A stretch of DNA of 64,000 nucleotides from Croceibacterium sp. (lineage in GTDB: Bacteria > Pseudomonadota > Alphaproteobacteria > Sphingomonadales > Sphingomonadaceae): positions 1,170 through 65,169 of the forward strand of contig JBDSUJ010000034.1 of NCBI GenBank assembly GCA_039927815.1, given 5' to 3'. Below, one piece after another: positions 45,015 through 55,021 of this stretch. Made by a program: the position numbers and the translations under genes. The notes under the pieces were generated by a model. That model was not told the origin of the DNA, searched no databases, and saw only the letters and a program-made list of their open reading frames with translations. Numbering within the stretch: position 1 is the stretch's first letter; every line of letters begins with the position of its first letter.

Positions 45015-46004
45015 ATGAAAATGGCAAACTGGCCCTTCCGCCACGGCGTGCATGACATCGGCAACGGGCTCTACGGTTACGTCCAGCCGGACGGCACGTG
45101 GGGTTTTTCCAACGCCGGATTGATTGCGTCGCAAGGTGAGACGCTGCTGATCGACACGCTGATGAGCGTGCCGCTGACGCGCGCGATGCTGGATGATTTC
45201 GCGAAAGTGCCCGGCGGCGGGAAGATTGACCGCCTGATGAACACCCACGCCAACCCCGATCACTTCTTTGGCAACGGGGTCGTCGAAGGCGCCGAGATTA
45301 TCTCAACCACGAAGACACGCGAGGAGATGGCGGGGTTCAACCCGCAGGCGCTCGGCAACTTGTCCGCCAATTGGCAATCCATGGGCGAGGCGGGCGAATT
45401 CCTGTTCGAGACGATGGGCCGCAAGTTCGATTTCAGCGGGGTGGATACGCTTACGCTCCCGGGAACGACCTTCGACGACACGCTCACGCTCAGGGTCGGC
45501 GACAAGACCGTCGAGTTGACCGATCTCGGCCCCGCGCACACCGAATCCGACACCATCGCCTGGGTGGTCGAGGACCGCACTGTGTTCACCGGCGATCTGT
45601 TGTTCAACGAAGGGCACCCGATCGTATGGACGGGGCCGATGGCAAACTGGATTGCGGCGTGCGACTTCATCATCGCGCTCGACCCTGCGGTCGTCGTGCC
45701 GGGGCACGGTCCGATCACCGACGTGTCCGCCGTACGCAACATGAAGGCTTATTTCGAGCACTTGCGCGACCAGGCGCGCGGTCGGTTCGAGGCCGGCATG
45801 GACTGGCGCGCGGCCGCGCGCGACATTCCGATCAAGGACTACGCCCAATGGACCGATCCCGAGCGGGTCGTCGCAAACGTCTACTCCTTGTACAAGCAAT
45901 GGGACCCGCAAATCCCGCTTGCTCCACCGCCGGTCCTGTTCTCCGAGATGAACCGCTATCGCAAGGAACATGCCGCGCGGCACGAGTGCGACCATGTCCA
46001 TTGA
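45015..46004 (+). CDS. MBL-fold metallo-hydrolase
   Basis: LLIDT......, NTHANPDHFFGN (HxHxDH-type motif) and VVPGHGP. Confidence 0.8.
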   Translation: MKMANWPFRHGVHDIGNGLYGYVQPDGTWGFSNAGLIASQGETLLIDTLMSVPLTRAMLDDFAKVPGGGKIDRLMNTHANPDHFFGNGVVEGAEIISTTKTREEMAGFNPQALGNLSANWQSMGEAGEFLFETMGRKFDFSGVDTLTLPGTTFDDTLTLRVGDKTVELTDLGPAHTESDTIAWVVEDRTVFTGDLLFNEGHPIVWTGPMANWIAACDFIIALDPAVVVPGHGPITDVSAVRNMKAYFEHLRDQARGRFEAGMDWRAAARDIPIKDYAQWTDPERVVANVYSLYKQWDPQIPLAPPPVLFSEMNRYRKEHAARHECDHVH

Positions 46005-47283
46005 GCTGAACGCCACCCACGATCCGGCGCGCACAAGCTGGGTCGAGAGCGCCAATGCGGCGGATGGCGACTTCCCGATCCAGAACCTGCCCTTCGGCGT
46101 GTTCGACGACAGTAAAGGCGCACGCGGCGGCGTGGCACTGGGCGATTCCATCATCGACCTGTCCGCGCTGATCGCGGCCGGAGCGCTCGCCAGCGAGGCG
46201 GCGCAAGCAGCGGCGGGGTCGTCATTGCTGCCGTTGTTCGCGCAAGGGCGCGGCGCCGCTTCGGCATTGCGCGCGAGCCTGTCGGACCTCTATCGAGCCG
46301 ATGGGCCGACCGACCGCGCCGCGGCCCGGGCCGCCTGGGTGCCGATGTCCGCAGCGCGCATGATGATGCCGGTGAAGCCCACGGCCTTCACTGACTTTTG
46401 CACTTCGGCCGACCATATCTTGCGCATGGCCGCCAACGGTGGCCGCGCTCCGCAGCCGGCCTGGGCCACTCTGCCGGTGGCCTACAACGGCCGCGCGAGT
46501 TCGGTCGCGGTCAGCGGGACGCCGGTCGTTCGCCCGGTGGGGCAAGTTGTTCCGCCCGGTTCGAGCGCAATGGTTGTCGCGCCCGAGCCGATGCTTGATT
46601 TCGAGCTGGAATTTGCCGCTTGGCTCGGCGGACCGGTCAATGCGCTCGGCGAAACGGTTGACATGACGCGCGCCGACGACCTGCTGTTCGGCTGCTGCCT
46701 GCTCAACGATTGGTCGGCGCGCGGCATCCAGTTTTACGAGATGCTGTTGGGCCCCCACCTTGGGAAGAGCTTCCTGACCTCCATTTCACCCTGGGTGGTG
46801 ACGATTGAGGCCCTGGCGCCCTTTCGGGTGGCCGCACGGGGGCGCACGGCAGACCAGCCGGCCGTGCCGGGGTATCTCAACGACGCTTTCGACCGCAGCT
46901 CCGGCGGGCTCAATATCGAGCTCACGGCCGACCTGGACACTGGCTCGGGGCCGATGACGATTGTGCGCACTAACTTGGCCGAACTGTTCTGGACCCTGGC
47001 CCAAATGGTCGCGCATCAGGCATCCGGAGGCGCGCCGCTGGAAACGGGGGACCTGATCGCCACCGGCACGGTCTCGGGCGCGGCGGAAGAAGCGCGCGCC
47101 TGTCTGGTCGAAATCACCCGGCTGGGCAAAGATCCCCTCGTGCTCCCCGACGGAACCCAGCGCGTCATGCTCGAAGATGGTGATAGCCTGACCTTGCGCG
47201 GGCGCGCGGTGGCACAAGGCTACGTCTCGATCGGCTTCGGTTCCTGCAGCGGCACGGTGGTCCCCGCCATGGCCGGCTCATGA
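45994..47283 (+). CDS. fahA: Fumarylacetoacetase
   Basis: N-terminal domain motif DFPIQNLPFGVF, the C-terminal FAH fold (ELEFAAWLG, LLNDWSARGIQ.YE..LGP.LGKSF), and GDLIATGT.SG. Confidence 0.85.
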   Translation: MSIELNATHDPARTSWVESANAADGDFPIQNLPFGVFDDSKGARGGVALGDSIIDLSALIAAGALASEAAQAAAGSSLLPLFAQGRGAASALRASLSDLYRADGPTDRAAARAAWVPMSAARMMMPVKPTAFTDFCTSADHILRMAANGGRAPQPAWATLPVAYNGRASSVAVSGTPVVRPVGQVVPPGSSAMVVAPEPMLDFELEFAAWLGGPVNALGETVDMTRADDLLFGCCLLNDWSARGIQFYEMLLGPHLGKSFLTSISPWVVTIEALAPFRVAARGRTADQPAVPGYLNDAFDRSSGGLNIELTADLDTGSGPMTIVRTNLAELFWTLAQMVAHQASGGAPLETGDLIATGTVSGAAEEARACLVEITRLGKDPLVLPDGTQRVMLEDGDSLTLRGRAVAQGYVSIGFGSCSGTVVPAMAGS

Positions 47284-48335
47284 GCGGCGAAGTTACCACC
47301 TGCGGCGATCGCCGGCCAATCCCGGTCACCGCGCGCGGCAAGCATCTGGTGGTGGACATTCACTGCCATCTCGGAATCCCGGCCGCCGACGCGATCGTCC
47401 AGGCGAAGTATCCCGGCCCGCCGCCGGGCATAAACGACTTCACCAGCCCGAAGACGATGGAAGTGAACCGGGCACAGTTCGCGGCGATCGGCCGCACGCT
47501 CAACACCCTGGATACACGCCTCGCCGATATGGACCGGCTGGGAATCGACGTTCAGGCGATCTCGCCCAGCCCGGGGCAGTACTTTTACTTCACCGACCCC
47601 GAGACCGCTCGCGAAGCGGCGAGGACCGTCAACGACGGCATGGCCGAGGCAGTCGCCACGCACCCCGATCGCTTTGTCGGAATGGGCACCGTGCCGCTCC
47701 AGGACCCGCGGCTCGCGATCGACGAGATGCGCCGCTGCGTCACCTCACTCGACTTGCGCGGGATCGAGATCAGCACCAACGTCAACGGTCGGGATTTGCA
47801 TGCCGACAGCCTGCGGCCGTTCTGGGCAGCGGCCGAAGAACTTGGCGTGTTGATCTTCGTGCACCCGCTCGGCTTCACCCAAGGGCAGCGGATGAGCGAG
47901 TTCTACTTCAACAACCTGATCGGCAATCCGCTCGAATCCACCCTCGCAATCGGACACCTGATTTTCGGCGGCGTCCTCGATGCCTACCCCGGCCTCAGGA
48001 TCTGCGTCGCTCACGGCGGCGGCTACATCCCGGGCTATTGGGGACGCATGGATCACGGCTGGCGCGCTCGGGCGGATTGTTCCGAGCATTGCCGGCACGA
48101 GCCGTCGAGCTACTTGCGCAAGCTGTGGCTCGATACGCTGGTGTTCGACCAGGACCAGCTCGACAGCCTCGTCCGCACCCATGGCGCCGACAAGCTGTGC
48201 CTCGGCACGGACTACCCGTTCGATATGGCCGAGCCCGATCCGGTCGGGTTTCACGCGCGGCTGACACAAGAGGACCAGGCCAAGGTCCTCGGGATCACTG
48301 CCGCCGAGCTGCTTGGTCTCGAAAGAGTCGGGTGA
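47280..48335 (+). CDS. Amidohydrolase_2 family metal-dependent hydrolase/decarboxylase
   Basis: VVDIHCHL (HxH), FVHP, VAHGGGYIP, LGTDYPFD. ATGA overlap with fahA. Confidence 0.85.
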   Translation: MSGEVTTCGDRRPIPVTARGKHLVVDIHCHLGIPAADAIVQAKYPGPPPGINDFTSPKTMEVNRAQFAAIGRTLNTLDTRLADMDRLGIDVQAISPSPGQYFYFTDPETAREAARTVNDGMAEAVATHPDRFVGMGTVPLQDPRLAIDEMRRCVTSLDLRGIEISTNVNGRDLHADSLRPFWAAAEELGVLIFVHPLGFTQGQRMSEFYFNNLIGNPLESTLAIGHLIFGGVLDAYPGLRICVAHGGGYIPGYWGRMDHGWRARADCSEHCRHEPSSYLRKLWLDTLVFDQDQLDSLVRTHGADKLCLGTDYPFDMAEPDPVGFHARLTQEDQAKVLGITAAELLGLERVG

Positions 48336-49132
48336 GCGCTTCACTCTCACCGATGTTCCGCATGCCCGTTTCGTTTGGTCCGGCACCGGGGCCGCGCAAC
48401 GTTCCGCAAGAGCACCGTCATCGCCGGTACGAGAAGGACGCGGTCACCTTGACGGTATCGGCGCGCACCGATCCGGACTTGCTGGCGCGGCTGCTTCCAC
48501 CAGGATTCGTGGTCGAGGCGGAGGCGCGGATTGAGGTGAGCCTGATGGTACTCACCAACATCGGGTGGCTGGCGGGGCGGGGCTACAACATCGCGATGGT
48601 CCGTATCCCCGCCCGGTGGAGTGGGAAAGAAAGTGTCTCGGGCTACTTCGTCCCAGTGGTGTGGGAGAGCATGGTCGACCCCATTCTCACAGGCCGCGAT
48701 GAGCTGGGTTGGCCGAAGATTTTTGCGGAAATCCCCCAACCGACGGTTGAAGATGGCCATTGGCGCGCTTCGGCGAGCTGGGACGGTTTCAGATTCCTGG
48801 AGGTAAGCGCAACCGGTTTCACGACAGGCACACAGTGGTCGCCGCCGCTTCCGATGATGTTCCACAAATACGTGCCCCGCACCGGCGAGTGGGGCAAAGC
48901 AGAGATCGATTACTTCACGGTCACCTCGCCCGACGGATCCGAGGTGAAGGTTAAATCCGCCACGACGGGCGACGGCCGGTTCGCATTCCACCGGGCGCGC
49001 TGGGAAGACATGCCGACGCAGTACCCGATAGTGAATGCGCTCGCCGAATTGCCTCTCGCCGACTTTAGCCGTGCAATCCTGACCGAAACCACCGGCGGTG
49101 ACGATGCCAGCGGACAACGGAGGCTCATGTGA
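48332..49132 (+). CDS. Acetoacetate decarboxylase (ADC) family protein
   Basis: PMFRMP..FGPAPGPRN N-terminus and beta-rich body (GYNIAMVRIPA...GYFVPVVWES...PILTGRDELGWPK) match ADC-family proteins as I recall them. GTG 48332 overlaps the previous stop. Alternative start at ATG 48353. Confidence 0.65.
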   Translation: MSASLSPMFRMPVSFGPAPGPRNVPQEHRHRRYEKDAVTLTVSARTDPDLLARLLPPGFVVEAEARIEVSLMVLTNIGWLAGRGYNIAMVRIPARWSGKESVSGYFVPVVWESMVDPILTGRDELGWPKIFAEIPQPTVEDGHWRASASWDGFRFLEVSATGFTTGTQWSPPLPMMFHKYVPRTGEWGKAEIDYFTVTSPDGSEVKVKSATTGDGRFAFHRARWEDMPTQYPIVNALAELPLADFSRAILTETTGGDDASGQRRLM

Positions 49133-49632
49133 GCGCGACGCGGCGGGTCGTGACGGGTCACACGCCCGACGGGCGTTCTGTGGTGCTGAACGACGGGCCC
49201 GTCCCAAACGTTCGTGCACTCCCCGGCGCCCGTTTCGACGAAGTGTGGTCCGTCGAAGCTACGCCCGCCCCGCTTGGCCTCACGCCTCCGGGCGAGCCGA
49301 CTTCCGGCACGCCCTCGATCGCGCTCGGCTCCGGCGCCGGCAATCTTATCCGGGTGATCGAATTTGCCGCGGCAGACAGTGGCGGCGTCCGCAGTCCGAT
49401 ACATCGTACCCGGACCATCGACTATGGCATTATGCTCGAAGGCGAAATTGTCCTGATCCTCAGTGACAGCGAGGTCATGTTGCGGGCCGGCGACATCGTC
49501 ATTCAGCGCGGGACCGACCATGCATGGGAGAATCGTTCCGCCGCGCCGGCCAGGATAGCGTTCATCTTGATCGACGCCGATTTCGACAGCGCGCTGGCGA
49601 AGCTCACGCAAGGCCAGGAGTTCATGCGATGA
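49129..49632 (+). CDS. Cupin domain protein
   Basis: 167 aa. H.T.TIDYGI.LEGEI.L......V.L.AGD.V.Q.GT.HAW.N cupin motifs. GTGA overlap upstream and ATGA overlap downstream. Confidence 0.75.
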   Translation: MSATRRVVTGHTPDGRSVVLNDGPVPNVRALPGARFDEVWSVEATPAPLGLTPPGEPTSGTPSIALGSGAGNLIRVIEFAAADSGGVRSPIHRTRTIDYGIMLEGEIVLILSDSEVMLRAGDIVIQRGTDHAWENRSAAPARIAFILIDADFDSALAKLTQGQEFMR

Positions 49633-50933
49633 GCGAGCGGCCGGCTGCCGCGTTGGCCCCTACCGTTGGACGGCAGCAGGCCTTTTGGACGTTGTTCGTG
49701 CTGTTTCTGGTCAACGCCTTCAACGTCGGCGACCGCACGCTGCTCGGCGTGGTCACTGAGCAGGTTAAACAGCAGCTCTCGCTCTCGGACACCCAGATTT
49801 CGCTCGCGAACGGCTTGTTGTTCGTGTTGTTCAATCTGGTCGGCGGGCTGCTGATTGCGCGGTTCATTGATCGGGGAAACCGCAAGCGCATTCTCGCGCT
49901 TGGCGTTGCCGGATGGTCGATTGCCACCGCTGCGACAGGCTTGGCGCATGATTTCTTCACCTTGTCCCTGGCGCGGATCGGGGTCGGTATCGGCGAGGCG
50001 ACCGCGTTTCCTGCGGCGATGTCCATGATCCCCGACCTTTTCAGCCGGGCGACGCGCGGCAAGGCGATCGCCGTGTTCCAATCGAGCACTTTGATAGGCA
50101 TCATCGGTGGCACCATCCTAGCAGGCGTGCTGGCCGCATCGCTCGGTTGGCGGGTGATGTTCGGAATCTGCGGTGGAGCCGGGGTAGCCCTTGCGCTCGT
50201 GCTGGTCGTGACCGTGCGCGAGCCGTCACGGGAACGCGCCGGCTTGGCTGAACGAGCCACGCTGCCGTGGGGGCGCGATTTGCTCGCCGGAGTGCAACGT
50301 ATCCTGCGCCAACCAGGCTTTCCCGCTCTGGCGGCGGGGTTCGGCGTTTCCGGAATGATGGTTGCGGTGCTCGGCGCCTGGGGACCGGCGTTCCTGCAAC
50401 GCGCACATGGGGTGCCGCTGGTGCAAGTCGGAGTGGTCATCGGCCCTGCGGTCGGCATCGGCGGGATTACCGGCATGCTGGTGTCCGGCGTGTGGGCCGA
50501 TCGGCTGGCCGCGCGCCGAGGCGATAGTCTGGCAATGTTACGCGTTCCGTTGATCGCGCTTCCGCTGTCCATTCCGTTTGTGGCGGGGTTCGTTGCCGCC
50601 CCCACACTGGGGCTGACGATGCTGTCGGCAGCGGTGATGAATTTCCTGGTCAGCTGCGCGTACGCCCCATGCGTCAATTACGCGGTCACCAATGTTGATC
50701 CTGGCGACCGGGGGCTGGTGTCGTCTGTCATGCTGGCCGCCTCGGGATTGATCGGCAGCGCCCTGGGGCCATTTATCGTCGGCGTCTTGAGCGATCTGTT
50801 GACTCCGACATACGGCGCCAACGGCCTGCGCTATGCCATAGCTTCGATGATCCCGACGCCAGCGATCGCGCTGGCCTTCCTGTGGCTGACGGTGCGCCAG
50901 GTGCGCGGCCGGCGCGCGCCGCCCGTTACATGA
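49629..50933 (+). CDS. MFS transporter
   Basis: 434 aa, about 12 TM segments, with FNVGDRTLLGVV and RFIDRGNRKR loop motifs. Confidence 0.85.
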   Translation: MSERPAAALAPTVGRQQAFWTLFVLFLVNAFNVGDRTLLGVVTEQVKQQLSLSDTQISLANGLLFVLFNLVGGLLIARFIDRGNRKRILALGVAGWSIATAATGLAHDFFTLSLARIGVGIGEATAFPAAMSMIPDLFSRATRGKAIAVFQSSTLIGIIGGTILAGVLAASLGWRVMFGICGGAGVALALVLVVTVREPSRERAGLAERATLPWGRDLLAGVQRILRQPGFPALAAGFGVSGMMVAVLGAWGPAFLQRAHGVPLVQVGVVIGPAVGIGGITGMLVSGVWADRLAARRGDSLAMLRVPLIALPLSIPFVAGFVAAPTLGLTMLSAAVMNFLVSCAYAPCVNYAVTNVDPGDRGLVSSVMLAASGLIGSALGPFIVGVLSDLLTPTYGANGLRYAIASMIPTPAIALAFLWLTVRQVRGRRAPPVT

Positions 50934-52045
50934 GGGAAGGCCGAATTCTCATCGTCGGCGGCGGGATTGGTGGCCTCACAGCCGCGACCGCGCTTGGTCA
51001 GAAGGGGTTCGACGTCACGGTCGCGGAACGTAGCGACGGGCGCGGCGTCGAGGGCGTGGGGATCAGCCAGCAGGCCAACGTCGTGCGCGCGCTTGCCGGC
51101 CTTGGGCTGGCCGAGGACTATCTGGCTGCCGGCTTCGCCTACGAAGCCGTAGAGATTTACGCGGCTGATGGCGCGTTGCTGGCTCGGGTCCCTTCCAGGT
51201 CGCTGATCCCGGGGTATCCCGCCAGCTTGGGCATATCACGTCCGGCGCTCCTGCGCGTTCTTCACACGGCGGCGACCGACGCTGGGGCCGTCATCCGAAA
51301 CGGCGTGCAGGTGCGTGAAATTGTCGACGGCGCGGACCATGTCGAGATTGCGATGTCCGACGGTTCCAGCGCGCGTTTCGACGCGGTGATCGGCGCGGAC
51401 GGAATCCATTCTCAAATGCGCCGAACGCTGTTCCCTGAGGCGCCGATACCGCGTTTCACCGGGCAATCGGTATGGCGTTACAATCTGCCCCGGCCCGAGG
51501 GATTCGACGCGCTGCACGTTTATAATGGGCCGACCGGCGTCGGGCTGGTCCCGATGAGCGCGGAGCAGATCTACCTCTACGCCACGTCGCCGGAACCCGA
51601 CAATCCGCAGTTCCCCAACGATGGGCTCGCCGCCCGGATGCGCGAGCGGTTGCGCGGCTGCGCGGCGCAGATCAGGGACATCGCCGAGCATATCGTTGAC
51701 GACGCCGCGGTGGTCTATCGCCCGCTCGAGGCCGTTTTTCTCGAAGGCGACTGGCACAAGGGACGCGTCGCGCTGCTCGGCGATGCGGTTCATGCCACCA
51801 CCCCGCATCTCGGGCAGGGCGGCGGAATGGCAATCGAAGACGCGGTCGTCATGGCCGAGGAGTTCGCCCGTCACACGAGCCCGCAGCAGGCGTTCGGCGC
51901 GTATCGCGAGCGCCGATTCGAGCGCTGCCGCTATGTCGTCGAGCGATCACTGGAAATCTGCCGTGGGCAGCTCGGGCAAGGCCCGCTTGTCGACAATGCC
52001 AAGGCCGGCTTCGAGATGCAGGCGCGGCTGGCAGAGCCGCTTTAA
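50930..52045 (+). CDS. FAD-dependent monooxygenase
   Basis: ILIVGGGIGGLTAATALGQKG, VIGADGIHSQMR, GDAVHATTPHLGQGGGMAIEDA. ATGA overlap with the MFS gene. Confidence 0.85.
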   Translation: MREGRILIVGGGIGGLTAATALGQKGFDVTVAERSDGRGVEGVGISQQANVVRALAGLGLAEDYLAAGFAYEAVEIYAADGALLARVPSRSLIPGYPASLGISRPALLRVLHTAATDAGAVIRNGVQVREIVDGADHVEIAMSDGSSARFDAVIGADGIHSQMRRTLFPEAPIPRFTGQSVWRYNLPRPEGFDALHVYNGPTGVGLVPMSAEQIYLYATSPEPDNPQFPNDGLAARMRERLRGCAAQIRDIAEHIVDDAAVVYRPLEAVFLEGDWHKGRVALLGDAVHATTPHLGQGGGMAIEDAVVMAEEFARHTSPQQAFGAYRERRFERCRYVVERSLEICRGQLGQGPLVDNAKAGFEMQARLAEPL

Positions 52046-52048
52046 GTT

Positions 52049-52723
52049 TCAGCCGATCGTCGGTGGCACGAAGGCAGCCCCTTCGGATACCAGTTGGGCC
52101 TGGGCGGCGTCTTCACGGGCCAACGCGCGCTGCACGGCCGGGCGCTGCTCATTGGCGCGCGTGTGGGCCGCGAAGCGAGGGAAGCGCGAGACGTCGTAGC
52201 CTGCACCGGCGACCCGCCAGAACACCCAATACAAATAGCCGTCCATGACTGACCACCGATCACCGTACCACCAGGTCGCACTGACGAGGCGGTCCTCCAC
52301 AAGCGTGAAATACTCGTCCAGCGCGCCCTCCGCCATTTGCTTGACGATTACGGCATTGTCGGCACCGGCGAGCAGCATCGGCATGCGGACGCGCGTCACC
52401 AGCGGATGGAGGGTGGCGGCGCAGAAGCACAAATCCGCGAGGGTTTCCGCGCGCTGAGCGCGCGTCGCTGCGTCGGGCAGCAGTCGCGCCGCCGGGTGGC
52501 GATCGTGGAGGTACGATAGGATGGCGACGTTTTCCGTCAGGACGACGCCGTCAATCTCCAGCGCTGGCACTTTGCCTTTTGGATTCACACGCGTGTAGTC
52601 CGACGACTTGTGTTCGCCGCGCATGAACCGGACGAGCCGAGTTTCGTATGCCACGCCGGCTTCCTCGAGCGCCACCATGGTAACCCGGGCGCACGTGAAC
52701 GGCGCCATATACAAGATCGTCAT
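52049..52723 (-). CDS. Glutathione S-transferase
   Basis: N-terminal thioredoxin-like domain with NPKGKVPALEIDGVVLTENVAILSYL, plus a helical C-terminal domain. Confidence 0.85.
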   Translation of the reverse strand: MTILYMAPFTCARVTMVALEEAGVAYETRLVRFMRGEHKSSDYTRVNPKGKVPALEIDGVVLTENVAILSYLHDRHPAARLLPDAATRAQRAETLADLCFCAATLHPLVTRVRMPMLLAGADNAVIVKQMAEGALDEYFTLVEDRLVSATWWYGDRWSVMDGYLYWVFWRVAGAGYDVSRFPRFAAHTRANEQRPAVQRALAREDAAQAQLVSEGAAFVPPTIG

Positions 52724-52924
52724 CGCGATGCTCCAGTTGGCGGCAGATTCCGCTATCCAGGCCTCAATATAGCGCTATATTCTGGAGGAAAGAATTATGA
52801 GCGGCTGAGCTCAGCACGAGAGTCGAATGCCAGAGCGCGGCAGCGCTCATCACCTTGGCAGACGCAATTCCTGTGCGCGCATCAAGTCGCTCGCCGTAGA
52901 TTTCCACCAAGGAGGGTTTTTCCG

Positions 52925-53254
52925 ATGCGCATCCCGATCTTTATGCTTCCGGCACTCATGTCGACAGGACTTCTTGCGGCACTTTCTTCGCCCGCCATCG
53001 CTCAGAGCGCGCCTGCTGTGAAAGCGGCTCATCTCTCTGCCAAAGACAGTCTTGTCGGGACGTTACTGGATGATCCTGCGGCGAACGAAATACTCAAGCG
53101 CATGATTCCGAGCGTGTACGCGAACGATATGTTTCAGACTGCGGGTCGTACTTTGACGCTCAGTGCCATCCAGCAATATGAGCCCGATGCGCTCAGCGAT
53201 GCCAATTTAGCGAAGATTCAGGCCGAGTTGGACAAGATCCCTGCAAAGGGTTGA
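52925..53254 (+). CDS. Small secreted protein, unknown function
   Basis: 109 aa. AAGGAGGG Shine-Dalgarno 8 nt upstream. Signal peptide MRIPIFMLPALMSTGLLAALSSPAIAQ. Confidence 0.55.
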   Translation: MRIPIFMLPALMSTGLLAALSSPAIAQSAPAVKAAHLSAKDSLVGTLLDDPAANEILKRMIPSVYANDMFQTAGRTLTLSAIQQYEPDALSDANLAKIQAELDKIPAKG

Positions 53255-53264
53255 CGACCGAACG

Positions 53265-54947
53265 TTGGGACCACGGAGCCACCGACGCGCAGGCAGTCGC
53301 TCCGTGCCCCTCGTCGCCGTAGCCTTGTTGGCCGGCCTGTGCGGCACGGCCGCAGCGCCGCAAAAGGCCGCTGCGCAAGCGGTTTCCAGAGGCGATGGAG
53401 ACCGGTGCGCCGCCCTGGCGCGAGTTGCCATGGCAGGCGTCAATATAGAAACCGCAGAGCTTGCTGCCGCTGGCCCGATGCTCAACCGCCCAACCGGCAG
53501 CGGACCTGCGCAAGCATTGCCCCAGCACTGCCTGGTGCGCGGCACGATCAATCGCCGCGTCGGTGTGGGGGGGCGCACGTTCGGGATAGGGTTCGAACTG
53601 CGCATGCCCCTGTCGTGGAACGGCCGGTTTCTGTTCCAGGGGGGCGCGGGGCTAGACGGCGTGGTCGCACCCGCCACTGGAACGACGTCAAACTCGGCAC
53701 TGCCGCCGGCGTTGACGCGCGGGTTTGCGGTGGTGTCGACTGACGCGGGACACAGCGGTTCTCCGATCGATGCCTCGTTCGCAACGGACCAGCAGGCACG
53801 CGTCGATTACGGCTACAACGCGCTCGATAAGGTAACGCTGACCGCCAAAGCGCTGATCACCGGGTTCTACAGCGAGGCACCGCACTTTTCCTATTTTGTC
53901 GGCTGCTCCAACGGCGGGCGCCAGGCGCTGACGGCCGCGCAGCGCCTGCCGCTTTATTTCGACGGCATTGTCGCCGGCGATCCGACGATCCGCTTTTCAC
54001 GCGTGACGCTTGACCAGGTCTTCAACTTGTCGGTGCTCGCGCGCATCGCACCCAAGGATGCCCAGGGTCGGCCAATTTACTCGCGCGCATTTTCGGACGC
54101 CGACCTGAAACTTGTGCGCCAGGGGGTGCTTGCCCGTTGCGATGCCACAGACGGCCTCGCGGACGGCATGATCAATGATTGGCAGTCGTGCGGTTTCGAT
54201 CCGGCCGTCCTGGTTTGCAAGGGAACGAAGTCGGCAACCTGTCTAACCCAGGCGCAGGTTGAGGTCCTCCATGACCTTCATCGCGGTCCCCGCGTGGCGG
54301 ATGGAAAGCTCGCCTATGGCGCGTTCAACTACGACACCGGCATCGCCTCATCCACTTGGCGCGGGATGCGGCTGGGCACTTCGGATACCGGTACCGCCAA
54401 TGCCGCCGACGCGACGCTCGGCCTCGGGGCGTTCCGCTACCTCCAGCTTACGCCGCACGATGCCAAATTCGATCCCCTGACCCGGCTCGATGTTGACGAT
54501 CTGGTCGAGCGCACGCGTGTCACGGCCGCCTTGACCGATGCGGACGATCCGTTCCTCGCCACTTTTGCGGCCCGAGGAAAGATGATCGTGTACAACGGTT
54601 TGTCTGACCAGGGCCTCGCGTCGAGCGTCCTCGTTGATTGGTATGACAGGATGCTCAAGGCAACCGGGGCGGGCGCGCGGGAATCGGTCCGCCTGTTCCT
54701 TGTGCCGGGAATGCTTCATTGCGGTGGGGGCGAAGCGACCGACCGGTTCGAGATGCTGGACGCGATCATGGACTGGGTCGAAGGTGGTGCGGCGCCCGCG
54801 CGCATTGTCGCGGCATCCAGTCGCGAGACAGGGCTCACTCGGCCTCTGTGTCCTTATCCCGCCACCGCGCATTACGCGGGAGGCGACGTGAATTCTGCGG
54901 CGAGCTTCACCTGTTCAATTCGCTCACGGTCTGGTGCCCCATCTTAG
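53265..54947 (+). CDS. Secreted tannase/feruloyl esterase family hydrolase
   Basis: Family-specific Cys-Ser nucleophile motif YFVGCSNGGRQAL paired with PGMLHCGGG near the C-terminus. Signal peptide LVAVALLAGLCGTAAAPQKAAAQA. Start is TTG 53265 or, more likely, GTG 53304. Confidence 0.85.
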   Translation: MGPRSHRRAGSRSVPLVAVALLAGLCGTAAAPQKAAAQAVSRGDGDRCAALARVAMAGVNIETAELAAAGPMLNRPTGSGPAQALPQHCLVRGTINRRVGVGGRTFGIGFELRMPLSWNGRFLFQGGAGLDGVVAPATGTTSNSALPPALTRGFAVVSTDAGHSGSPIDASFATDQQARVDYGYNALDKVTLTAKALITGFYSEAPHFSYFVGCSNGGRQALTAAQRLPLYFDGIVAGDPTIRFSRVTLDQVFNLSVLARIAPKDAQGRPIYSRAFSDADLKLVRQGVLARCDATDGLADGMINDWQSCGFDPAVLVCKGTKSATCLTQAQVEVLHDLHRGPRVADGKLAYGAFNYDTGIASSTWRGMRLGTSDTGTANAADATLGLGAFRYLQLTPHDAKFDPLTRLDVDDLVERTRVTAALTDADDPFLATFAARGKMIVYNGLSDQGLASSVLVDWYDRMLKATGAGARESVRLFLVPGMLHCGGGEATDRFEMLDAIMDWVEGGAAPARIVAASSRETGLTRPLCPYPATAHYAGGDVNSAASFTCSIRSRSGAPS

Positions 54948-55021
54948 CGGCGCGTACCCCGTGTGTTGCGTGTTCGCTTAGCGGTTGGCTCTCGGAGCAA
55001 AACGACATGAAGGAGCCATGC

